DNA of 64,000 nucleotides, taken from positions 992,001-1,056,000 of the forward strand of contig NW_027271426.1 of assembly GCF_040938485.1 (NCBI RefSeq). The letters run 5' to 3'. The position numbers and the translations under genes are program-made. Shown one piece after another: positions 13,394-24,458 of the stretch; the stretch's first letter is position 1, and each line of letters opens with the position of its first letter. This stretch comes from Diadema antillarum. Its lineage: Eukaryota. The notes under the pieces are model-generated. The model searched no databases. It saw only the letters and a program-made list of their open reading frames with translations, and was not told the origin of the DNA.

Positions 13394-15028
13394 AAAACTA
13401 GAAATGTCGCTATGGCGACTGATGCCTCCGCCATAATGCATGATTCTCCCATATTCTCCCATATTGCAATAGGCGTATAGTACAATGTCTTCACAATGTG
13501 TGATCCATGACATTTTCACACAACTGGCAAAATATTGAAATGACAGGTTTGTCAGAAATGTCTTGAACTGGGTTTGCTATAATTTTCTAAAAGTGCACGT
13601 ATACATACTCTGGGGAATTTTGGGGAAGTTTATGCATTGAGTAATTTCAAAGAGTGTGATAACGGTACAAAATAGATTTTTTTTGGGGGGGGCGGGGCAT
13701 TGAAACCTGGCCTTTGACCCTTAACCTTTGACCTTTGACCTTCTGCACTGCAAAAAGTCCGGTGTTAAATAGTGAACACCGAGCTGGTGTTAAATTTTCG
13801 GTGCTCATTTATAGTGTTAAATTAACACATACGGGTGTCATTTCCATATCTTAAACTGCTTTTTGAAGAGTTTCTTAATAACTGCACTTCTTGTTGATTT
13901 TTAATTTAAACAAGACGATCAAGAATTTTACATCAAAATACTAGATTTTTGAAAAAATGTGAAAATAAATTTACACCAAAGTAACACCAGCTGGTGTGGT
14001 CCCTTATTGAAGCTGGACGGGTGTTAAACCATTGATATTAACACCAGTACAGTGTCAAAATAACACCATGTACAGTGTCAAATTAACACCACGAAGTGTC
14101 AGGTGAACACTTTTCAACACCATCACAGTGCATTTTTAACACCTGTGGGTGTGGTCCTTTATTGAAGTTTGATCGGTGTTAGATTTAACACCCGTGGTGT
14201 TAAATCTAACACCGATGTTTTTACAGTGTGGCTGGAAATTTCCTGGAGAATCTCCATTAGGTAATGCATGTACTAAGTTTTGAAACTAATAATGCAAGCA
14301 TTGCATATACTAGTATATAAGGGAAATAGTAAAATTTTGAGGAGTTGACCTTGACCTTTGACCCCTGACTATTGACCCATGACCCCTAAATTCCCTAGAG
14401 AATCCCTGCCAGACAGTACATGCGTATATGTACCAAGTTCCATGAAAATACATTGAACCATTTGCGAGAAAAGTGATATTGCAACATTTTCACCTAACCT
14501 TTGACCTTTTGACCTTTGACCTCTTGCAAATGTCACTAAAATCTACTCAACTAATTGTCCCATCATACATCATCCTTGGACCAAGTTTGGTGAAAGCTGC
14601 TTCATCCAGTTTTGAGTTATCACGTAAACAGATAAATTTTAGGATTTGACCTTGATCTTTGACCTTTGACCTGTGTCCGATTTCACTGAAAAACTAATCA
14701 AGTAATTATTTTCCCATCATACATCATCCTCCAACAAAGTTTGGTGAAATTTGCTCCATCCAGTCTTGAGTTATCGCGTAAACGTATACAATTTCATGAT
14801 TTGACCTTGACCTTTGAACTTTTGACCTTTAGCCGATTTCAACCAAAATCTAATCAAATAATTGCCCCATCACACTTCATACTTGGATCAAGTTTGGTAA
14901 AATTCCAGTAAATATTACTCAAGTTATCGCGTAAACGAAAGCGGACCGACGTACGGACGTATACGGACGGACGGACAACCCGAAAACATAAATGCCTCCG
15001 GCACCACTTCGTGGCGGAGGCATAAAAA
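13394..15028 (-). mobile_element. Helentron-associated non-autonomous element (DINE-1/HINE-like)
   Basis: SubTIR atgcctccgcc (about 13422) / ggcggaggcat (15013-15023), (GGAC)n microsatellite at about 14950-14975, hairpin plus CTAG at 13398-13420, A-run flanks, internal tgacctttgacc motifs. Confidence 0.7.
13746..14228. mobile_element. CACTA/EnSpm-like MITE rich in aacacc/ggtgtt subterminal repeats
   Basis: Termini cactgcaaaaa / ttttttacagtg; TG on both flanks (2-bp TSD). Confidence 0.7.
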
Positions 15029-15829
15029 TGAAATGAAACCCGGAAGTGGCATCAAAAATATTAGCTACGTCCCCCCCCCCCCCCCTTACAGAATTCCTGG
15101 ATCCGCCCCTGGTTTTGTAATTTCAAGACAAGTACAGGAAAAAGTTCGAAATGGAGGGGACAGCTAAAAACAAATATTGTATCCGTGTGCAGTCTCCTCA
15201 TTTAAAAAAAAAATGTAGTTACAAAACTGATAAACGAGGCAAAGAAAGTAAAGTGAGACAGAGACGAACTATGCACACTAACAGACACATTAACACACAC
15301 CAGACAGCTCTCTTGTAAAGAGGGAAAGAGGAAAGGTAAGTAAGGGCACTGAAGGGTGGAATAAATGACAGGAGGAGACTAGACTACCTTCACAGTGGAC
15401 AGAGAAAAGGGAGAGTGAAGAGGTAATGGATCAAAAACCAGAGCTTGTGAGGCATGAGGCGAAGCTCCCCAAAAATAAAGGAATGTAAAGATGAGTTGTA
15501 GTAAAAAATAAACGATTGTGGGAAAAAAATGGGACTCGAAATTAAGACTTATATTTTATATACAAAGATGAATCCCATTATGAAATAAACATATTTTGAC
15601 AGTTCTTTAATTCAAAGGTGAAGATATTCAAACTTTAAGCTTCTTTCATATTACTGTCAAGAGAATTCCATAATATCAGACCAAAAAAAAAGATAATATG
15701 CCTACAAATTTAGCCCCCCCCCCCCAAAAAAAAAAAAAGAATAAAAATAAAAAATTGGTTAAAGGCAAATGAAATTGGATTGCCGGGTAGGATATGAATG
15801 CAGTTTCATTTTTCATGAACGTAGAGTCA

Positions 15830-16740
15830 AATACAGAAGGGGAAGGTTTAAGCTAATTGTGTCATCCAATAGAATATCCCTTAGAAGAATTTCCAGGGAA
15901 TTACTAAAAAGTACATTTAGTTTTATTTGCTCTTATCCACTGAAGTAATCTCATCAATTCAATGTTTAAAGTATCAATCAATACATCGGATCAGTGTTAG
16001 ATAAAGATACATTAGTGTCATCAGCGAATGATGAAAAAAAGAACGAGTATTAATATAAAAAACAAATAAAAGGGGTCCAAGTAAGCTTCCTTGAGGAACA
16101 CCACGGTATACTGACGTTTTACATAATTATCGTAATATAGATGTATAACCATTGATGAGTACATATTGTTGTTTATAAGTACACATTTTATAGTGAGGAA
16201 GCTCCTGAACCACTCCAAGGCCTTTCCTTTGATACCATAAAATAATTTATGGAGAAGTATACTAAATCATATTCACTGTTATATCAAAGGTCTTGCGGGA
16301 AGTCCAGAAAAACTCAGATAGTATATAAATGATGAAGTGCATGCATCAATGGCTTTTGAAACTTTGTCAAAGAAGGTATGATTGCATGGGTTGTATTGTG
16401 CTTGAGCCGAAAATAATCAGAAATAATTTTGAGAAGTATCTAAAAACTTCAAAAATCTGGAATAAACAACTTTTTCTATATTTAATTTCTAAATAGAAGA
16501 AAGAAATGGGTCTATAATCACAAACATCTTCCCAATCCCCTTTCTTATGAACTGGGATTATACCTGGGAAACTTTCATAGCCATTGGGACAATACCATTA
16601 CTTCGGATGTACCGGCGGATCAACAAGAAAATCCACAATATTTTTCAAAAGAACATTGGCAATGCCGTCATGCCCGCGGCGCTTTTTTTTTATTTGAAGC
16701 GATCGTTTTATTATGTGTTGTCATCTGACGCAAGATAATT
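15830..16740 (-). pseudogene. Degenerate non-LTR retrotransposon reverse transcriptase (CR1/L2-like)
   Basis: Minus-strand fragments read ..PVHKK..DYRPIS.., GIKGKALEWFRSFL, VPQGSLLGP and FADDTN, with many frameshifts. Confidence 0.75.
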
Positions 16741-17083
16741 TCAATGTCTTAATAGATATGCCTAAGTAACCAAAAGAAATTTCCCCTACAATATTAGCCA
16801 AATTTAAGATCTTTTCATTAAGTTGGAGCATCGAGCATCACAGAGCCAGACGAGATTTCTCATCCATTCATAATAGGAAACCGACACATTGCTGCGTGTT
16901 TGTAGCTATGTGGCAGGTATGGTGATTTAGCTTCACATAACAAGAGTATGGAATTTATTGTGAGCAATGGTGCAGTTTCTTTTGTCTTCACTTTTTCCCG
17001 AAAACTCGACTGTGGGCGCTTGACATGCACAAACTTCGGTCGTTCGGAAGTTTACGTACCAATTTAGGAATGATGATCGTCCG

Positions 17084-17192
17084 ACTTATGCAAGTAACAA
17101 TATATTATTGCACACCCACACTCAAAGTGCATGGAAGATATCTTCCATGCACTTTGAGTGTGGCTGTGTAATATATTGTTACTTGCATAAGT
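17084..17192. repeat. About 110-bp loop-less palindrome
   Basis: Centre gat|atc at 17139/17140; perfect 23-bp inner arms (17117-17162) and further matching outer arms acttatgcaagtaacaatatatt / aatatattgttacttgcataagt. Confidence 0.9.
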
Positions 17193-17352
17193 TTTGTGCA
17201 TGCTATAGTAAAGTACAAAACATAAGAATTTTTTTTTTGAAAGCAACTTGAAAGCGAGGTCACATGCAGCTGGTCGTTATTCATGTCTGAAAAAAAAAAC
17301 TCTAAATTTTCTGGTCGTAAGTTAATGTGTCAGAAATTGTACACTTTAGTCT

Positions 17353-18034
17353 TGTACGCGCCGAGGTCCTATGTGTGATCTTGTGACTTTGTGTATGTTG
17401 TCCACCATTAAATACACATGTTCATCCTTCCTTTCAGCTGTTCCTTTCACTCTCGACGTTTCACGTACACACAGTCACAGACGGTAGGGGGGTATTCGCC
17501 GTACTAAACAGCCACACGCCTACAGGCACCTTACACGCTCCCATATACTGACATCGATGTTTCTTCCGTGCTATGTAACAGCATCCTAAACCTCCTAATA
17601 GCTGTACTGCGCACCAACACACTGTTCATCGTGCACCACACCGTTGATTGTCGTACTCACATGCGACACACGCAGTGATAGTAATCACAGATTTGGATCT
17701 CATCTGGCGGTCAAATGAACAATTCCCTTCCTTTTATTTTGATCCAAACCAAGTGGCAAATATCACACAATATGAGCAAAGAAAACAACGTAAGCAATGA
17801 GAGGTTAAAGGAAACTTGTAGGTTTCCACCCCTACCTCTGGTTCTCTACCTTCTGCTCTTCATGACCCTTTTCCTGCCTATCTCTAACAGCAGTCTTCAC
17901 TTCACCTCTGAAGCTCTTTTCTTACCCTGGCGCCTCACCTCTCCTCTCTCCCTAACAACCAACATACATGTGACTTTTCCTATGTTCAACACTAGATGGC
18001 GCAAATGAAACAAATGCATGGAACGGCTCCTACA
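17353..18034 (-). repeat. 3' LTR of BEL element
   Basis: 682 bp, no difference seen by eye from 29594-30275. Preceded on the minus strand by a short purine-rich tract (aattaaggggccggta). Confidence 0.95.
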
Positions 18035-19719
18035 TACCGGCCCCTTAATTTTCAAAAGAGGGTAACCCCTTTTAAAATTACCAAAACCTACCACCATCAT
18101 TAATCACATTAATGTTCCTTCTTGACACCCAACAATCTATTGACCACAATAAACAACGCTAACTCGAAAATATGCTACATACTATCAAACTACAACAACC
18201 CCTTACACATACAACCTTGTGCTACACATGTAAGCCTATAAAACATGTCTTTGATGCAGAAATAGTCACCTTTCACTGGCAACAATGGCAAGGACAAAAT
18301 TGAATATTGTTATGTTTACAGAAGAACATCACATATTCATAAAGTGTCTAAACACCCTGACATTCATTATGTAACCTCTGTGTAGCCTAATGTATGCATG
18401 TGCCTCAAGTGTCAGCATGCATTCCAACAATCCACTTGTTGAAACTGTTCTTATATATCTATGAGTGCATGTCTGGAGACAGACAGTTCTGTAATAAACA
18501 CTAAAACGTTAACTGCCACGCCTCTTCTGTTCCTTCCTTATTTGCAACCATGAGTTTGCTAATTGTAACCCATGATACAACAAATATACATCATACCTGC
18601 AGTCCACTTATACCTTTAACATGTACATAAACAAACTACATCAAATGTATTCCCATACTTCTGCAACACAACTGTTGACCACTTCAAGATTTAGCCAAAT
18701 CCAAAGCCAGCTGTTTACAAAACATATTGTACACTCGATACTATACCCAGCTTGCATAAATGTGTCAAATATGTATGCATCCCGGCATAGCAAACAGAAC
18801 GAAACATATAACATCTTCAAATGTACAATGACCAACTAAACCTGCCAAATCTATTAGCTTGAATTTGACCTACACTGTACCCTTAATCTACAATGTAATC
18901 CAAACATAAATGTATTTACAGCATGGAATTCAACCATACACACATACAGTTTTGTACCACTTCTGGATGATACTGCATACCTGTGCACCAATGCATATCA
19001 AGTATCAACATAAAATATAAAATCTTATTCATACATTTCTCATGAACTCTGTTGATATGCTTATTACAGATACCCCTATTTCTTTCAAAAAAAATATGCA
19101 TCCTTCCAGTGTTGCATTTCTAAACAATACTGTTTTGAGCAATACTGTATATCACCAAATTTTTTTGCACAAAAAAGGAACAACAAAACAAAACGTAATT
19201 AAAGTGGGTTAAACATGAACAATAAAACGTGTTTCAATGACTATTGTCCATCAAACCATGTATCAACATAACCCAACCCGAACAACATCAGTGTACTGTG
19301 TAAGTAACCAAACACTGTGGTAGAAGTGCACTGACCTTCTCTGTCATTTCTGCACAAAATTATTAAATCTCTTGAGATCTAACAAACATAATCTACTTTA
19401 TCTACAGCCTTGTGAATGCCACAGCCATCTTAATTCACTGACTCACTCTGGATGGTCTCTTGGCCTAGAGAGTGAAGTTGCTTTGCACTGCAGTATACCT
19501 GAATACCGGTATACAATTGTACATACAAAACAGCATTAAAAAACCTGTATCACCTTTCCACTGATTGCCAATACAAATACAACATAACGAAACAACATAA
19601 TGAAAGCAAACTCATGCTACTTACTTTACAATATGGCACTTGTGGTAAGAAAATTTGCTTGCCACTGAATAAAAATGACATGTCACCATGACACACATAA
19701 GATACATTTTCATGTATAT

Positions 19720-21761
19720 GGGCAAGTCCAAGATAAGGTCCCCTCAGAAGGCAAAATTTCATCTTTGCTCAATATTGACATGTTTGGTATCATTTTGAAG
19801 CTTATGAGTTGAAGTTTTGATTTCCATGGAGGAAAAAATTATATTACATAAATTTATGCAAATTTCAAGGGCTTCATTTGCATAAATGTGAAACACAGCG
19901 TTACGTATGGGACATTTATAAAAATTTATATTAATTCAAAGGAAAGCAAATGATATTTGATTAATATGTGGACATAAGAAGTTCATCAAATAGTTTAACT
20001 TGGTATGAAAATTTAGGGATTATGCAAATGATTATGCAAATTAGCTCGTGTCCTATCATGACATGTCCCATACGTAACAAATTGAGGTCATTTTTTTAGG
20101 TTTTTTCTGAAATTGCTAAGGTTATATTAATGCCCTTTTGGAAAGTTCTAATTTATTGTTTAGAGAAATTAAATACCATAGAAAAAAGAAAAAACAGTAA
20201 AAGGAATATTTTTTATTAGGCATTGAAATAATGTTACGTATGGGACAAATGCGTTACGTATGGGACATCCTCATACATAATGCATGTGAATGCATGTAGC
20301 TAGCTGGGAAGGTCTCTCAGTGCACAAATGGTCAATCATCCTGAAGAAAGCATCCCAACATTGTAGCTACTTTTTGAGTTATAGACACTTTAAACAATAC
20401 ATGTTCTTGACTGAACAATTTTCAGAAAGGGGGAGGGGAAAATGGCAAAATACACAATGAAAAATCAGCATTAAAGGGATGGTATAGTTTTTTTTTTGTA
20501 GAAATGGGGATTCAGTTTTCAACTTTGAATGAGATGATTGGAAACTAATTATATGAATTACTAAAGAGCATACAATCCTAAGACTAGAGGAATTCAAAGT
20601 TTAGTGATGGAGATCCAAGTTGAAATGGTTGTGATATAAATATTTAAACAGAATATAAAGTAAAATGATTTTTTTTTATTGCAAGTGATACACAAATTGT
20701 CCTTATTCAGGTTTCAATAATAGCCACGACAAAATTCATGGGTAATCTACTCGATCACTGGGGTTCCACGCAGCAGGTATTGCTTATTTATAAAAATTAA
20801 TATTTCTTGTGTCAAGTTGTTTTTTACTGAAACGAAATGGCAAACTGCCCTTCATCAATGGAAGTAAACACCTTCAACTATTCAAGTTTTCAGTAGTAAC
20901 TATCCTGATAAAAATAGGGCATACATACTCAGGTTGGTCATAAAAATATAGAATATGATTAAATATGATTATGATGGTAAATATTTGGGGAATATTGTTC
21001 CCTTGTCAATCTGGATCAGTATTTGAGTAGTGTCAACTGATTCCATTCCAATAATTATGCAAAAATTTGTTTATGGGTATTTTGCAAAATTATTTTGCAA
21101 AATACCCATAAACATGTCTTTCCACACACTAAACGAATGGGGGACAAAGGGCATGCATACTCAGGTTGGCCATAAAAATATAAAAATATGATTGAATATG
21201 ATTAGGATGGTGAATATTTGGGAAATATTGTTTCCTTGACAATCTGGATCAGTATTTGAGTAGTTTCAACTGATTTTACTTCAATAATTATGCAAAATAC
21301 CCATAAACATGGTTCTTCACACACTAAATGAATGGGGGACAAACTGTCCCATACGTAACTGTCCCATACGTAACACGTCATGTCTGTCTTTAATTAGAAC
21401 CTGTAATTAGAACTTTTTACCTAATGACATGAAACTTACCTGTGATAATCTTGAGTGTTGTGACTTTCATCACAGTGAGTTACAAGTTGTAGAATGAAAT
21501 ACTTTCAGAGAGTTTTGAGGTTGAAAAAAATGTTCAAAAAAACAAAAATTTTCTGGTCCCATACGTAACGGCACATATTTTCTCTTCTAGAATATAAATG
21601 TGAAGGTCATTTTTCTCCATTTTTTGCATGATCATACTTCTCCTAGATATCAATCACCATGATAAAGTTTAATATGGTCAAAAGCCATTAACACTATTTT
21701 TCAGGTCATAAAAGTCTCTGAATGTCCCATACGTAACGCGCGTGTTATCTTGGACTTGCCC
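19720..21761. mobile_element. Non-autonomous DNA transposon, Sola2-like, inside the BEL element
   Basis: 17-bp TIR gggcaagtccaagataa / ttatcttggacttgccc, 4-bp ATAT TSD, at least 8 copies of gttacgtatgggac(a) in both orientations, and an internal ~200-230 bp tandem duplication (about 20917-21342). GRG termini with an AWWT TSD fit Sola2. Confidence 0.75.
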
Positions 21762-22745
21762 ATATGCGTTTCTCATGTCTTCTTATAACTCAAATGCATA
21801 CATATGTATACCTATGCGGGTATATAACATCATACTATGTACTGACCTTTAACACACTATTTGTGTATACAGCTGTACTAAAATCAATACCATCTTTCTT
21901 TATATATGCTTTGCCAAAAATCAAAATCTCTTCCCTTGCTTATAACTTATCTTGAATTTGACAATATTTCCACTTGAACAACAAGCCTAAATTTAGAATG
22001 TCTCCCTTTTGGCATGTTTGGAATTTGTAATGTTCTAAAATAGGCTGAATACACAATATACTACTCATTACATTACTGGTTAAAGGAGAATACAACCAAA
22101 CAAATAAGCAAATTCTGCTAAGCATTTGTCTGTATCCATCACATATCACATGGCAAAATGCACTATATATGACTACACAATACCATCTGTGCATAATCAT
22201 ACAATTATAAAAACTACCGCATACAAATCACATCAATGCTTTATCAAAACACATAATGATGTATACCAGGTAACGAAACTGTACTTGTATACAAAATTCA
22301 ACTCTTGCATCTGACGAATTGTTCATGTGACTAATTGGCTCCTCATTTGTTCTATCAAATCCCATGGAGTCCAAGTCACATCATAATATCTGTTCGCACA
22401 GTCCGTCCAGGCTTGACACAAAATTGTTCACGGTCCAATCACAAACCAAGCTTTACGATCAGTTCCCCTTCAGCTGGTTGACTTGATTTGTGACGAAACG
22501 CAATGTGAATTCCTGTCGGTTCGCGACACAAATTTTGTTCCATGTAAAAAAATACAAAAAAGGAATCACTCATTGTCAAAACACACTCTATACTAACCAG
22601 AATTTGTTATCACAATATCTGATCACCTTTACTTGCGTATATGTATCCGGATCTCCAATTTTTACACACATATGATCACTGAGAGTATCGCGAAATTCCA
22701 GCAAAATGTTCCATCGCGATCGAATGTGTAGATCTGTAAAAACAG

Positions 22746-24458
22746 TCATGAATCTCCCTCTAAAAGGAGACACAGCTTGCTGATTGGTCGCAGATAAACA
22801 CCAGTCTTGGTCTTCACCTCAACGCGACGGACAAGGCCTTCTCTGTCAGGTATGGTTCGCTGAATTCGTCCCATCGGCCAAACGTTTCGTGGTAGCGTGT
22901 CATCGACGACGAGCACAACATCTCCGACCTGAATGTTTCTGTTGCGGCACACCCATCTTTGCCTCTCCTGCAGTTGCGGCAGGTACTCCTTCAGCCATCT
23001 CCTCCAAAAGATGTCCGCCATATATTGTACCTGTCGCCATCGACGTCTCGCATAGATATCGGTCTGCCTAGTGACCGATGGGGGCAGCAGGGGGGTAGAC
23101 TTCAACTGCAACAGATGATTCGGTGTTAGAGCTTCCAGATCGTTTGGGTCGTCAGAAACTCTAGTGATGGGTCGACTATTGATGATACTCTCCACTTCAC
23201 AGAATAGCGTCTGCAAGCTCTCGTCACTCATGACTTGCTGCTTCGTCAGGGAGAAAAGAAGCTGCCTAACCGTCCTAATCTGTCTCTCCCAGACTCCCCC
23301 ATGATGAGATCCACCAGGTGGATTGAAGGTCCATTGGATGTTTCTCTGTAACAGCGCATTATTAAGCTGGTCCAAGTTCCAGCTCTCGATTGCCTGCCTG
23401 AGTTCTCTCTCAGCGCCGACAAAATTGGTCCCATTGTCAGATCTCATCTCCTTGATCGCTCCTCTGCGTGCCTGGAAACGTCTTATGGCAGCAATACATG
23501 AGTCTGTGTCTAACGAGTCTGCCTTTTCAATGTGTACAGCACGTATGGTAAGGCAAGTAAACATCACTCCATATCTCTTTACCATACTGCGTCCCCTCTT
23601 CACCTCCACTGGTCCGAAATAGTCCACACCAACATGTGTAAACGGTGGTTTGTCTGGCATCACTCTGTCTTTTGGAAGATCTGCCATTTTTTGCTGCATC
23701 AGCTGCCCTCTGCGTCGTCTGCACATGACACATCTTCGCAACATTTTCCTCACAGCTGAATTGGCACCAGGCATGTAGTACCTCTGCTGCAAATTGGAGA
23801 GAATGTAATTCCTCCCACAATGTCCAGAGTTCACATGAATGTTTCTCAGGATGAGTTCCGACACATGGTGACCCTTTGGCAGAATCAATGGGTGTTTTGC
23901 CTCCATAGGCAAGGCTGCCTTACTCAATCTTCCTCCGACTCTGAGCAGGCCATTGTCAAGTGTAGGATCAAGCTTGTAAATGGAGCTTGACTTCTTTACT
24001 CCATTTCTTTTCCCATTGACCTTTGACTCTTCTCCTCTCAGTGTTGCAATTTCTGGAGCAAATGCTTGCCCTTGGACGTAGCGGAAAATAGCCTCCTCAG
24101 CATTTTCCATATCCTTCGTAGTCAGCTTTGTAGCTTCACCCGTGTCATCCCTCTGACCCCTCTTTTTCATTTTCAGCATTTCTTTCAATTTCAGCATCCA
24201 TGCCACTGCCTTCCTCATACTCGTCCAGTCTGAGTAGTGAGACAACAGCCTTCCAACAGGGTCAAGTGTTTCATCACGTTCCTTTGCATTTGTCACAAAG
24301 GTACTCTTTGTCTCCCTCAGGCATGGCTCGTCACATTCAACATCACAAGCCAAAATCTTCCTTTTCAGCTCTGGGTCGTCTGTACTTGCCATGACCAAGT
24401 TCTCTGGTTGCGCTGGCCACATGCTTTCATCTGCATGAAGAAAGTCTGGACCTTCCTT
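22746..24458 (-). CDS. BEL polyprotein C-terminal part (integrase), after a 1-nt frameshift
   Basis: GP.FL motif, HHCC region (HVNSGH...CVMC), VGVDYFGP, SDNGTNF, GGVWERQIR, IQVGDVVLV..WPMGRI. Confidence 0.92.
   Translation of the reverse strand, partial: KEGPDFLHADESMWPAQPENLVMASTDDPELKRKILACDVECDEPCLRETKSTFVTNAKERDETLDPVGRLLSHYSDWTSMRKAVAWMLKLKEMLKMKKRGQRDDTGEATKLTTKDMENAEEAIFRYVQGQAFAPEIATLRGEESKVNGKRNGVKKSSSIYKLDPTLDNGLLRVGGRLSKAALPMEAKHPLILPKGHHVSELILRNIHVNSGHCGRNYILSNLQQRYYMPGANSAVRKMLRRCVMCRRRRGQLMQQKMADLPKDRVMPDKPPFTHVGVDYFGPVEVKRGRSMVKRYGVMFTCLTIRAVHIEKADSLDTDSCIAAIRRFQARRGAIKEMRSDNGTNFVGAERELRQAIESWNLDQLNNALLQRNIQWTFNPPGGSHHGGVWERQIRTVRQLLFSLTKQQVMSDESLQTLFCEVESIINSRPITRVSDDPNDLEALTPNHLLQLKSTPLLPPSVTRQTDIYARRRWRQVQYMADIFWRRWLKEYLPQLQERQRWVCRNRNIQVGDVVLVVDDTLPRNVWPMGRIQRTIPDREGLVRRVEVKTKTGVYLRPISKLCLLLEGDS

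Larger units (their letters stand above)
13316..15111. mobile_element. Non-autonomous TIR element (hAT-like termini, 5-bp TSD) hosting nested insertions
   Basis: TIR cagtggcggatccag / ctggatccgcccctg; GTTTT duplicated at 13311-13315 and 15112-15116. Confidence 0.75.

Noticed and set aside
17715-18008. Identical 97-aa ORFs at 17715 and 29956
   Set aside because: They lie antisense within the two LTRs; identity reflects LTR duplication, not coding.
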